This document shows positions 23,101 through 32,542 of a DNA stretch of 39,298 nt, piece by piece. The notes under the pieces are model-generated. The model searched no databases. It was not told the DNA's origin and worked only from the letters and a program-made list of their open reading frames with translations. The stretch spans positions 1-39,298 of the forward strand of contig NW_021835738.1 of the NCBI RefSeq assembly GCF_006345805.1, written 5' to 3'. The position numbers and the translations under genes are program-made. The stretch comes from Octopus sinensis (Eukaryota). Positions within the stretch are counted from its first letter, which is position 1. Each line of letters begins with the position of its first letter.

Positions 23101-26100
23101 TTTCTTTCTTTCGTTATCTTACCGTTTTTATCAATATTATATATAATATTATATATATATATATATATTACACATATGCTGTCACAATAAGCCATGCAGA
23201 TTTTATCTTCGTTAAAAGAAACTGCACGGGTATTATAGCAGGGTTGTAGTTGCAACAGTTACTAATCAAAGCAGTTGAAACTTATTTAGATCTATGTAAA
23301 GCTGTATATAGATACAAAGAATTAAAGGTAATGCTATGCCACTTCATAATAATCTTTATTATTATTATTATTATTATTAATATTATATACTCCAGGAAAC
23401 CTATACGGTTATGGTAATAAATTCAGAACTAGACTATCCATGACTCGTTGGGTCACCAGGAAATTCCGAGTTTCCCAACAACAGAGTTTTGTTTCGTGGG
23501 TCTTTTTTCTTTTCCAGGTTGTTTCACAAGATTAAGGATGCTGAACTGGAGAGGGTTGCAAGGGACGATCCTGTCTGCAAGCACAGCAAACCACCAGGAG
23601 TCTTGGTCTCCTGTGATCCCCTCTGTATGTCCCATAGCAAGATTTGAACTCAGGATGTAAAGAGCTGGATCAAACAACAGGACTGAACCTGAGAATACAT
23701 GAATGATAAGCAAACATCGTAACTGCAAAACTAATGTCCAAAAAAAAAAAAAAGAAACCAAAACAAAAAATGGCCTCACCTAAAGAATGGCTTTTGAGAC
23801 GTGTTCTGACCACAGAGCAGAAAGCTTCACAATTATTAACAATGCCTGTTGTGTCTGGCTTTGATTCTTTTGTAGCTAAAAGAAAAGAGAAAAAACAAAA
23901 CCAGGTTCAGATTTTAATGATGGTTTAAATCACTTTGTTGTTTAGGCATCAGATAAACCCTCATCTACAAACCCTAGGATGAAAGGCAATCCAGCTATGA
24001 CCATTCCATCATTTATCATTAAGGCTTTGTATACTCTGGATTGCATTATCCAAAGCATTCATTTTTTGTGTGTGTGTTTTCCTTTTTACTTGTTTCAGTT
24101 ATTAGACTGTGGCCATGTTGGAGCACCACCTTGAAGCATTTTTCAGTTGAATGGATCGATGCCAGTATTTATTTTTCTGAGCCTTGTACTTATTCTATCA
24201 GTCTCTTTAGCCAAACTGCTAAGTTACATGGGATGTAAACACATCAACACTGATTATCAAGTATTAGTGGGGGGATCAAACACAGATAGATACATACACA
24301 CACACACACGACATGCTTCTTTTCAGTTTCCATCTACTAAATCCACTCACAAGGCTTTGGCTGGCCTGAGGCTATAGTAGAAGACACCATTTGCCTAAGG
24401 TACCCTGCAGTGGGACTGAACCCGGAACCATGTGACTGGGAAGCAATCTTCTTACCACACAGCTACACTTGTTTATTTCTGTTTAAAAAAATGGTTGGCA
24501 TTAGGAATGGCATCCACTCATGGAAACCAAGCCTAATCTGGCGCAGCTCCCTGGCGTAACGGCACCTGTCAACATCCAACCCATGCCAGCATGGAAAGCA
24601 GATGTTAAATGATGATGACAATGATGATGAGGATGATTGTAGGGTATAGTTTGAGGGAGGTCTGGCTGTAGTTTCTACTGACAGCTGGGTGAACTGAAGT
24701 AATGTTGTATATAGTGTTTACCAGTTTCAGTCAAACCATCTAACCCATGCCAGCATGGAGAGCAGATGTTAAATGATGATGACAATGATGATGATGATGA
24801 TGATGCACTATTTCATAGCTTTGAGATTTCAATGATGTGATTGCTTATTTTTAGAATGACATTGTAGGGAAGGTGAAAGAGGCTGGATCTGGCCAGTTTG
24901 ATTTTCATTACCGTATTTATTTTGAGATGCTCTGTGTTTCTTTCCATTAATGTTAAATATAACAAAGAATTTAGTAAAATAACTTAGTCATCATTAAGCT
25001 AGTGTTAGGAACATAAATTGTGACTGAGGTTTGGTGGAAGATTTTAATTAAAGACTTATGAAAACAAGACATTTGTACTACAGAACCAGAGGCAGTTTCG
25101 GCATTTTTGGTAACGAAAGGGTTAAAACATAGAATATTTGGGCTAGATATGGCCTGTTTAAATGCTAAAGATTTAAACGATTTAACCGTTTTTAAGTCTT
25201 TGAAGTATAATTTAGAAGAAAATTTGGCTGTTATTCCATGCACAGTGAATGACTGCACGTAAGCCACTTAATACTTACCAGAAGTGAGATATTGTTCAAA
25301 TTTCACACCCCAATAACACATTTCACGTTGACGATCTGTGCAATTAGCTTCAAGTTCTATCTTCTCTTCGGTGTTAAATTCACACAGGAAAAACGTATCG
25401 TTGAATCGGGTGACTGCGAGAAGCCAACCGTCACGGTTTTCGTACGGGGTACACATCAGTCGGGTCAGACACCCTCTCCAGCTGATAAAGTCAGTGTTGA
25501 GTTTCTCTCTGGAAATGATGAAGAAATTGTTGATGAGAATGATGATGATGACAATGATGATGAAAATGATGATGATGATGATGATGTCAGTAATAATGTT
25601 AACCCTTTAGCATTCGGATTATTCTGTCAAATGCATTGCTTATTCATTCACAGTGGTTTGAATTAGCCATGCATTGCCTTGTAGCTTTGGAATTTCAGTG
25701 ACATGATTGTTAATTTTTTAAATGATATTGTATTGTTGCCAGAGCAACAAGCCGGCCTTCGTGCCGATGGCACGTTAAATACACCATTCGAGCGTGATCG
25801 TTACCGCGTCGCCTTACTAGCACTTGCGCTGGTGGCACGTGAAAAAAAAACAAACATTCGAACAAGGTCGTTGCCAGTGCCGCTGGACTGGCTCCTGTGC
25901 AGGTGGCACATAAAAAGCACCATTTGAGCGTGGCCATTGCCAGTATCACCAAACTGGCCCTTGTGCTGGTGGCACATAAAAGCACCCACTACACTCACGG
26001 AGTGGTTGGCATTAGGAAGGGCATCCAGCTGTAGAAACTCCGCCAGATCAGATTGTTGTCTGGTTCGCCAGACCTCAGTCAAATCGTCCAACCCATGCTA

Positions 26101-27503
26101 GCATGGAAAGCAGACGTTAAATGATGATGATGATGTAGGGCAAGTGTGGGAGGCCAGATCTGATTGGTTTGAAGATAAAACAGGTAGAATATTATGGTTG
26201 GATATGGCTGGTCTAAACGATAAACGGTTAATGATGGTAGAGGCGAGAGGATGATGATAATGATGATGTTGATGGTCATGATGATGATGACACTAAAATT
26301 TTTACATAGGTATGGGACCACAAACAGTTTGGGTGGAACAGGGCAGGTTTTGTGAGGTTTAATAGACACCTCCCTCCCTCCTCCCCCCTAAACACACAAC
26401 CCACTCCTGTATTTGTTTGACTCTTGTTTTATGGACCCTGGAGGAACGAAGAGTAAAATTGAAACTGGAAGGATTTGAGATGCAACTGTCAAGTACACAC
26501 TGTTGATTTTTTCATATCAGGGATCAAACTCTGGCACAAGACCACCAATTTCGGGGGATAAAGTAAGTCGATTACATCAACCTCAGCGCACACCTGGTAT
26601 TTACTTGAGAGACAGAAAGGCAAAGTCAATGTTGGTAGAATTTGAACTCAGAACTTAAAGACAAATGAAATACCTTTAAGCATTTTATCCGGTGTGCTAA
26701 CGATTCCACCAGCTTGCCACTTGAATAATATTGGATTCAAATTTTGGCACAAGGCCTGCAAGTCGATTACCTTGGCCCCAGTTTTCAACCATCACTTACT
26801 TTATTGACCCCCAAAAGGATGAAATGCAAAGTCGTCCTTGACAGAATTTGAACTCAGAACCTAACGAGGGATGAAATGTTGCTAAGCCATTTGCTTGGTG
26901 TGCTAACAGTTCTGCCAACTCACCATATTCTTCAAATTAATAATATTGGATTCAAATTTTGGCACAATGCCAGCAAGTTTGGGGGATGGGGTAAGTCAGT
27001 TGCATTGACCCTTGTGCATAACTGGTACTTATCTCATTGACCCCGAAAGAATGAAAGACGGAGTCAACCTTAGTGGAATTTGAACTCACAATGTAAAGAG
27101 AGATGGAAAGCTGCTAAGCATTTCGCTTCGCATGCCAACGATTCTGCCAACTCAATGCCTTCTTTGCCTTAACCCTTTTGATACCAACCTGGTTGAAACC
27201 ACCTCTGGCTCTCTAGTACAAATGTCTTGTTTTCATAAGTTTTGAATTAAAATTTTCCATCAAATCTTAGTCACAATTTATGTTCCTGGAAGCATGTGGT
27301 TTTAAGATCTTAAAAAAAAAAAGAATGGATGGTTCGAGGCGTGGCTGTGTGGTAAGAATTTTGGTTCCCAACCACATGCTTCCAGGTTCAGTCTCAGTTT
27401 GGGACCTTGTGCAAGTGTCTCCCACTGTTGCTTTGGTCCAACCAAAGCCATCTAACCACTTTGGTAGTGGATATTGTAGATGGAAACTGAAAGAAGCCTG
27501 TCG

Positions 27504-27535
<32 letters not shown>

Positions 27536-28394
27536 ACACACACACAGAGGAACAGATGAGGCTGTGTAGTAAGAAGTTTGTTTCCCAACCACATGGGTAT
27601 AGGTTCAGTTCCAGTGCATGATACATTGGGCAAGCGTCTTCTATTATAGCCTACTATAGGTAGATGAAAACTGAAAGAAGCCCGTCGTGAGTCTGTGTGT
27701 GTATAAATATATCAATATCTATGTGTGTCTTTGTGCATATGTTTGTCCCCCATCACCTCTTGAGCAGTGGCGTTGATATGTTTACGTCTCCGTAACTTAG
27801 TGGTCTTGCAAAAGAGACCGATCGAATAAGTCCCAGGCTTTACAAATAAACAATGAGTAATGGGGTCGATTCATTTGACTAAAAAATTTTCAAGGCGGTG
27901 CCCCAGCAAGGAAGGCCGCAGTCGAACTACTGAAACAATTAAAGGATAACAGGCGAAGGGATACGAAAGCAAGAAGAAATGCGTTATTTCGACACTTACT
28001 GAGATGTCCTGCAGTGTTGTTTGTCAGAATCAGAAGACTTAGAGGATGGAATCGAAAGAGAAAATAGGCTTCGGTGACAACTGATCCATCTTAAAATATC
28101 ATCTAACAAGTCTTTTTTGCTTTCGTCTTTCTGTATGAGATCTTTGTAACCCTCCCTTAAATTCATACAAACATCGTCAGGTGTTTCTGGTTCGATATAA
28201 TATCGTAGCTGACTTTTGTCGCAAGATATTTTACGGTCTAAATCTAGTGAAAAACAACCGATTTCTTTAGGTTGGCGGAGATACGGGGGGTTGTAATCGA
28301 ATTGTGTTCGCGGTAATAAATTAAAGGACCCAGGTCTAGAGGTTCGGTCCCCGTTCGTCTCACATGGACGAGATTTGTTTATCGGCGAACACAT
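14846..28394 (-). CDS. DXO: DXO / Dom3Z / Rai1-family decapping and 5'-3' exoribonuclease, 7 coding exons, 405 aa (join complement 28394-28000, 25508-25279, 23875-23780, 20744-20639, 20140-20005, 16743-16649, 15005-14846)
   Basis: Manually spliced. All six introns are GT..AG, phases are compatible, and exon lengths sum to 1218 nt = 405 codons + stop. The product carries the family motifs in order: RQPKEIGCFSLD, ISWRGCLTRLMCTPYE, GVKFEQY, FAGEVDC, YIELKT, KLIKWWGQSFL, CGFRD, and C-terminal WYPKVCINFLDQFL...SVHLFS...FIPDWF. These match mammalian DXO as I recall it. Confidence 0.96.
15112..15500 (-). mobile_element. Non-autonomous Helitron in DXO intron 6
   Basis: Minus-strand 3' end aaacccgagcaacaccgggcgattctgCTAG, near-identical to the 33151 element. 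5' end lies in a (TA)n run. Confidence 0.75.
15503..15838 (-). mobile_element. tRNA-derived CORE-type SINE family E in DXO intron 6
   Basis: Minus strand reads tggctcagtggttagagcgtcg..., B box gagtttgaatcc, CORE-like gtgttcttgagcaagac...ctccagttcactcagctgtagaaatg, tail ggtcattcatgaccgaaggggtctt. Confidence 0.8.
16030..16220 (+). pseudogene. hAT (Charlie/Buster-type) transposase C-terminal dimerisation-domain relic
   Basis: From 16057 translates to EEAIKKLLPFATTHRGEQRFSTLMNIKT, similar to the consensus 'LLPFATTYLCExGFS.L..IKTK'. Confidence 0.7.
16224..16589 (+). mobile_element. SINE B in DXO intron 6, 60 bp from the exon 6 donor
   Basis: ggtggctgtgtgg...gtcgatttgcttgactaaaggtgg. The tail is clipped. 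Confidence 0.85.
16649..16743 (-). CDS. DXO: DXO coding exon 6 (DLPNSWYPKVCINFLDQFLNFIKETVKDNDHR)
   Basis: Acceptor tattcttttcag|GAT, donor CAG|gtaagt, 95 nt, phase 0 in and phase 2 out. Confidence 0.95.
17265..17395 (+). mobile_element. Penelope-like terminal-repeat fragment with hammerhead-like motif, between (TA)n runs, in DXO intron 5
   Basis: ctgtcgaa-GAGC-gtag-GCTC-GAAAC-gta. The downstream part resembles the 13165 fragment (cctgagcg.c.ata.ta..tatttgtt). Confidence 0.5.
17520..17725 (-). mobile_element. Older SINE A-related copy
   Basis: Reverse-complemented core ggcaaagttgacctcggcggaatttgaactc. Confidence 0.7.
18151..18452 (+). mobile_element. SINE E in DXO intron 5 (part of the CORE segment deleted)
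   Basis: ggcgtatggctcagtggttag...gagttcgattccc...ggtcattcacgaccgaaaagaggtctttac. Confidence 0.8.
18455..18726 (-). mobile_element. SINE B (diverged, tail missing) in DXO intron 5
   Basis: gggcttcttttagtttccatctaccaaatcc...cttaccacacaaccac. Confidence 0.75.
18767..19361 (+). mobile_element. SINE A trimer (one head plus two 184-bp repeats) bounded by a 17-bp TSD
   Basis: Units restart at 18994 and 19178. GGTATATATAGAGAAAT occurs at 18747-18763 and 19362-19378. Confidence 0.9.
19380..19800. repeat. Degenerate ggtgtatata-type minisatellite followed by a purine-rich (GA) tract
   Basis: agtaaattgatgtataaag(g/t)gatggctaga recurs at about 19387 and 19564; agacggagggagagagagaa is repeated near 19750-19795. 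Confidence 0.75.
20005..20140 (-). CDS. DXO: DXO coding exon 5 (FKLIKWWGQSFLIGVPTIVCGFRDDDGIVHRLQKYHINMLPNLAK)
   Basis: Acceptor (att)n-cag|A, donor AAA|gtaagc, 136 nt. Contains the KWWxQSFL and GFR motifs. Not shown in the ORF track. Confidence 0.96.
20495..20585 (-). mobile_element. RTE-clade LINE fragment in DXO intron 4
   Basis: Translates to MLHSSETWAVSAEDIRRLERNETNML, resembling the RTE 'MLYGSETW...RRLE..E..MLR' motif. Confidence 0.7.
20639..20744 (-). CDS. DXO: DXO coding exon 4 (VFAGEVDCICPQQKEYIELKTSREIYNKSQDDNFKR)
   Basis: Acceptor cccttttcag|TG, donor AG|gtatgt, 106 nt. Contains the catalytic GEVD and ELK motifs. Confidence 0.97.
20931..22731 (-). mobile_element. 5'-truncated non-LTR retrotransposon (CR1/L2/Jockey-group type) in DXO intron 3, co-oriented with the gene, 3' end intact with an (AATC)n tail
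   Basis: Contains an RT ORF plus frameshifted upstream RT-region sequence (SATGPDGFPAILLK, PTQHGFRPGRSCLTQLL). 3' UTR ends in (AATC)n at about 20931-20952. The 5' side is cut by a foldback element at 22732. Confidence 0.92.
21182..22240 (-). pseudogene. LINE ORF2 reverse transcriptase domain, 352 aa open stretch, frameshifted at both ends
   Basis: YLDFAKAFDK, SGVPQGTVLGPLLF, YADD, RDLGI, DYCSQLWSP and YWERLKRLKLYSLERRRER motifs are visible in the ORF track. Confidence 0.95.
22732..23060. mobile_element. MITE/foldback element in DXO intron 3
   Basis: Arms of about 90 bp (tgtaatatgtgacaattattcgatagccaaga...ctcttcagttatcc versus ggataactgaagag...cgaataattgtcacttattaca). Contains internal palindromes. 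Confidence 0.8.
23780..23875 (-). CDS. DXO: DXO coding exon 3 (ATKESKPDTTGIVNNCEAFCSVVRTRLKSHSL)
   Basis: Strong polypyrimidine acceptor ttttcttttag|CT, donor G|gtgagg, 96 nt. Matches the conserved AFCSVxRxRL segment. Confidence 0.96.
   Translation of the reverse strand, partial: LQKNQSQTQQALLIIVKLSALWSEHVSKAIL
24078..24470 (-). mobile_element. SINE B in DXO intron 2
   Basis: ttttacttgtttcag...ccatgttggagcaccacc...cttaccacacagc. Confidence 0.8.
25279..25508 (-). CDS. DXO: DXO coding exon 2 (EKLNTDFISWRGCLTRLMCTPYENRDGW...GVKFEQYLTS)
   Basis: Acceptor tttccag|A, donor G|gtaagt, 230 nt. Contains the WRG and GxKFE motifs. Confidence 0.97.
25745..26133 (+). mobile_element. Family C element with four subrepeats, in DXO intron 1
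   Basis: Same architecture as 14300-14700. Confidence 0.8.
26530..27165 (-). mobile_element. Three consecutive diverged SINE A-related copies in DXO intron 1
   Basis: Repeated ...gaatttgaactca... cores separated by aataatattggattcaaattttggcacaa. Confidence 0.75.
27337..27945 (+). mobile_element. Two SINE B copies (5' half at 27337-27505; diverged full copy at about 27560-27945) in DXO intron 1
   Basis: Two ggctgtgt(g/a)gtaaga heads; tail ggcggtgccccagca...tgaaacaa. Confidence 0.8.
28000..28394 (-). CDS. DXO: DXO coding exon 1 (MCSPINKSRP...RQPKEIGCFSLD...LLDDILRWI...RTSQ)
   Basis: First in-frame ATG is at 28394 (the ORF track starts at an upstream TTG). Donor CA|gtaagt at 28000/27999, phase 2. 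N-terminal DXO motif PxEIGCFSLD..R......LRYY is present. Confidence 0.9.
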
Positions 28395-28718
28395 CACGAT
28401 AATAATAATAATAACAATTAATTCATTAATCAATTAATTATACAGAGATATAAGTAGCCTGATAAACGTGGCTGTAGATTTCTTCAAAACAAACTATAAA
28501 ATACACGGAAATATGTGCGAGACAGAGAAAGTGTATATGGTGCTCCAGCGTGGCCAAAGCCTAATGATTGATACAAATAACAGATAATATATATATGTAT
28601 ATATATATATAGTTCATAGACAAGATCCAAGTTCTCTCTGTATGAAAAACACGTCGCAGTGCTCAAGAGATTTAAACTTCTTTACATCATTTCTGTTCGG
28701 TGCAAGTTGGACCTTTTT

Positions 28719-30007
28719 GGCGATGTTTCGTATGTCGTAGATCAGATTTCCGTCGATTTCCGTAAAAAACTTTTATTTTTTTACATAAGTAATGAGAGCG
28801 AAAGAGACTAAGAGGAAGCGATTTTACGACGATAAGGTTTCACTTTGAAATCGGCCTGTGTGCGTTTGATGGGGTGTGGGAGACAGACAGTATGTTGTGT
28901 AAGTGAAGTGCTTCTGTAGTGTGTGTGAAGAGACAGAGAGAGTAATGTGTGAAAGAGAGAGATAACTGATTTTTTACTGGTGTATGTGTATATGTATGTA
29001 TGCATGTATGTGTGTGTGTGTGTATGTATCTATGTATGTGTGTGTGTTTTAGTATGTATGTATGTATGTATGGCCGGCATAGACTTTTCACACAGAACAT
29101 TACCAATCGGATTTTGTCATTTTTCCTTACACATTTTTGTACTGTTCGTTCCTTTTGCTGCACAACACAATGTTTACACATGCATATATATGCATGCTTG
29201 CACCCAGTTTCTGTGCACCTCTATAGACTATTAACTTTTTTTTTCCTTTGAATGCAACTCTTTTCTCATGAGAAGAATATCTCCTCATTTTAACTACTCT
29301 CCCATCTTTTTCTTACCATTTCACCATCGTCACATCAACAGAGACATTAAGGCTGCACAGTAGCAGTCGACAAGGCATGTATAACGATTAAATAAAAAAA
29401 ATTTGTCTATATCTTCGATCACTGTCATTATTCCATTGAGTCAACCTCATTTTTCTACATAGCAGACTGTTACATAAACAGGCGCCGCAAGGTAATCTTT
29501 CGTTTTAATTCGAATAATGTAACACTGAATCGGCCATACATACATACATACATACATACATCCACACACACACACACACGTACTTACACACAACACACAT
29601 ACATGCAGACATACATATTCACATACACCGAGTAAAAAATTACGAGAATCGGCCATACATACATACATACATACATAAACACACACACATACATAGATAC
29701 ATACACACACACACACATACATGCATACATACATATACACATACAACCGTAAAAATCAGTTATCTCTCTCTTTCACACATTACTCTCTCTGTCTCTTCAA
29801 CACACCTAACAGAAGCACTTCACTTACACAACATACTGTCTGTCTCCCACACCCCATCAAACGCACACAGGCCGACTTCAAAGTGAAACCTTCTCGTCGT
29901 AAAATCGCTTCCTCTCTAGTCCTTTCGCTCTCATTACTTATGTAAAAAAATAAAATTTTTTTACGGAAATCGACGGAAATCTGTGCTACTACAACCGAAA
30001 CTATGCC
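28719..30007. mobile_element. Non-autonomous foldback DNA transposon with about 358-bp inverted arms, Merlin-like termini
   Basis: Arms 28719-29076 and 29650-30007 are reverse complements. Termini GGCGATGTTTCG...CCGAAACTATGCC. Flanks ACCTTTTT (28711-28718) and ACCCTTTT (30008-30015) form an 8-bp TSD with 1 mismatch. Confidence 0.8.
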
Positions 30008-30224
30008 ACCCTTTTTATATGCATACATTTTTCGTGCCTCATGTATTTAATATACTTTATATATCCATCAGTCTAACTCGCTTCTCCCCAAAGTTATTCA
30101 TGTTTAATGCTTGGGAGAGTTTCACCAAGTCTTTCTTTATGGAAATTCGGTGTTGCCTCTTAAAAGTAACCGGTGTAAGGTAAGAAAAGTAAACGATCAA
30201 CGAATGATATTTTCGTTTTCCTTT

Positions 30225-30452
30225 TCTAGTATAGGCACAAAGTCCGGAATTTTGGTGGAGGAGGCTAGACGACGACATTGACCCTACAGAGCTCAACTGG
30301 TACTTATTTTATCGATCCCAAGAAGGATGGAAGGTCAAATCGACCTTGGCAGAATTTGAACTCAAAACATAAAGACGGGGGAAAAAAACAACCCAAAAAT
30401 GTCGCTCAGCATTTCTTGCCCGACATTCTAATGAGTCTGCCAGCTCGGCGCC
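30225..30452 (-). mobile_element. Older SINE A-related copy
   Basis: Reverse-complemented core aaggtcaaatcgaccttggcagaatttgaactc. Confidence 0.7.
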
Positions 30453-30574
30453 TTCAATTCTACAAATATAAATGAATAAGAAACTATTGAAATAAAAATG
30501 ATCGAATTCGAAAAACAAAATATTACTTTATGGTTTATTACATTATATTTTCAATCACACACACACACACACAC

Positions 30575-30636
30575 ATATGGGGGACACCAAAATGTTTTAA
30601 GTGCTTAGGGTCTGTATGGGTCTTAATCCGGCCCTG
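30575..30636 (-). mobile_element. Possible hAT-type MITE terminus
   Basis: Minus strand begins CAGGGCCGGATTAAGACCC, a common hAT TIR start. No partner end or TSD was found. Confidence 0.35.
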
Positions 30637-30920
30637 GTTCTATCGTATCCACTGTATCACTCTTTCTCAAGCATAAACCTTAGAGATTATGCATCAACAA
30701 CAAATCGATCGGAAAAAGGATTCGAGCAAGTCATTTAAGAGTTATTTCCCTTGCATTGCTAAGCCGCATGAACAATAATCACTCATTCTCATTTAATTGT
30801 ATATATTTTGTTTGTTTATTCATACGTTTCGTCTCGTACGATACCCTGACCCCAACGTTTGTTTTTTCTGTCTCCGTATTGTCCCCTCTTTTTCTCAACC
30901 TTATGGTGAATAAAGAAATA

Positions 30921-30921
<1 letters not shown>

Positions 30922-30995
<74 letters not shown>
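30922..30995. repeat. (CT)n microsatellite
   Basis: Directly visible. Confidence 0.97.
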
Positions 30996-31000
<5 letters not shown>

Positions 31001-31292
31001 CATTTCGATCTTTAAACGTCCAATCAGTCGTTCGATTAACTGGAATCCCCTACTCTTTGAATTAGCCAGCGAAGTGGCTGAGTATTCAACAGGTACATGC
31101 ATTCTCAGCGTAATTTTCACGTAGAATCCAGCCTTGCCATACACTGTGGCTCTAACAAAGCTAGACCTTACAAGTCAACTTCCCTTGCGTGCAAATGGTG
31201 TACTCTGAACCCTGAACCACGTGGTTGGGAAGCAACATTCTCCCCCCCCCCAGTCATAGCTGCACCTATGAAAACACTATTCTAATCACATA

Positions 31293-31700
31293 GGCGCAGG
31301 AGTGGCTGTGTGGTAAGTAGCTTGCTAACCAGCCACATGGTTCCGGGTTCAGTCCCACTGCGTGGCATCTTGGGCAAATGTCTTCTGCTATAGCCCCGGG
31401 CCGACCAATGCCTTGTGAGTGGATTTGGTAGACGGAAACTGAAAGAAGCCTGTCGTATATATGTATATATATATATATAAGTGTGTGTGTATATGTTTGT
31501 GTGTCTGTGTTTGTCCCCCTAGCATTGCTTGACAACCGATGCTGGTGTGTTTACGTCCTCGTAACTTAGCGGTTCGGCAAAAGAGACCGATAGAATAAGT
31601 ACTGGGCTTACAAAGAATAAGTCCCGGGGTCGATTTGCTCGACCAAAGGCGGTGCTCCAGCATGGCCGCAGTCAAATGGCTGAAACAAGTAAAAGAGTAA
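31293..31700 (+). mobile_element. SINE B, full length
   Basis: ggcgcaggagtggctgtgtggtaag...ggcggtgctccagcatggccgcagtcaaatggctgaaacaagtaaaagagtaa. Confidence 0.88.
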
Positions 31701-32129
31701 TACCATCAGCAGTGAAACTAAACAGAAATATTTAATTTTAAACAAACGTCTAAGATGTTGTCCCTCTCATCATGGTATCACTCAGAGTCAAACAGATTAT
31801 TCACTTGATGGCTGACACTAGCATATGACACACCCTGCCAAACATACCCAGTAAAGGAGCCTTTACACAATTGCTTGACTTGCTAGAAGTGGCAGCCAAA
31901 TCCCCTTCAAATTTTACTGTGTTGTCTTAAAAATAACAGCTCAATAAGAGCAGAGATGGACCTACATAGCAACAACAACAGCCTATATTTAAAACCAGAG
32001 TCTAAATCTAATGGCAACCAACCGATCAAGGGGATTAGGAACTGTAACTATGAAAATACTTGGTTCCTTGTTGGTACACTGGGGGTTAAACAGTCACATA
32101 TGGTTCCCCATACCAGGCAGACCTGATAT

Positions 32130-32542
32130 GGCGGCGAGCTGGCAGAGACGTTAGCGCGCCGGGCGAAATGCTTAGCAGTATTTCGTCTGCCGTTACGTTC
32201 TGAGTTCAAATTCCGACGAGGTCGACTTTGCCTTTCATCCTTTCGGGGTCGATAAATTAAGTACCAGTTACGCACTGGGGTCGATGTAATCGACTTAATC
32301 CCTTTGTCTGTCCTTGTTTGTCCCTTCTATGTTTAGCCCCTTGTGGGTAATAAAGAAATAGGTATTTCGTCTGCCGTTACGATGTGAGTTCAAATTCCGC
32401 CGAGGTCGACTTTGCCTTTCATCCTTTCGGGGTCGATAAATTAAGTACCAGTTACGCACAGGGGTCGATATAATCGACTTAATCCGTTTGTCTGTCCTTG
32501 TTTGTCCCCTCTGTGTAGCCCCTTGTGGGCAGTAAAGAAATA
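32130..32542 (+). mobile_element. SINE A dimer
   Basis: Second unit restarts at 32361 with the same aaagaaata|ggtatttcgtctgcc junction as the trimer. Confidence 0.88.

Noticed and set aside
23518-23625. Plus-strand exon candidate (strong tcttttttcttttccag acceptor, LFHKIKDAELERVARDDPVCKH..., gtatgt donor) antisense in DXO intron 3
   Set aside because: I found no partner exons, recognise no homology, and several frames are open in this segment. Unsupported without RNA data.
28395-28433. N-terminal extension of DXO given by the ORF track (MINELIVIIIIIV)
   Set aside because: It starts at TTG and runs through an (ATT)n repeat. The first ATG is at 28394. An unseen upstream exon cannot be excluded.
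30057-30229. Possible minus-strand terminal exon (RQHRISIKKDLVKLSQALNMNNFGEKRVRLMDI*), or a plus-strand donor at 30180 with an acceptor at 30229
   Set aside because: No upstream exons or homology were found. The plus-strand intron would be only 50 nt, and its acceptor derives from an antisense SINE tail.
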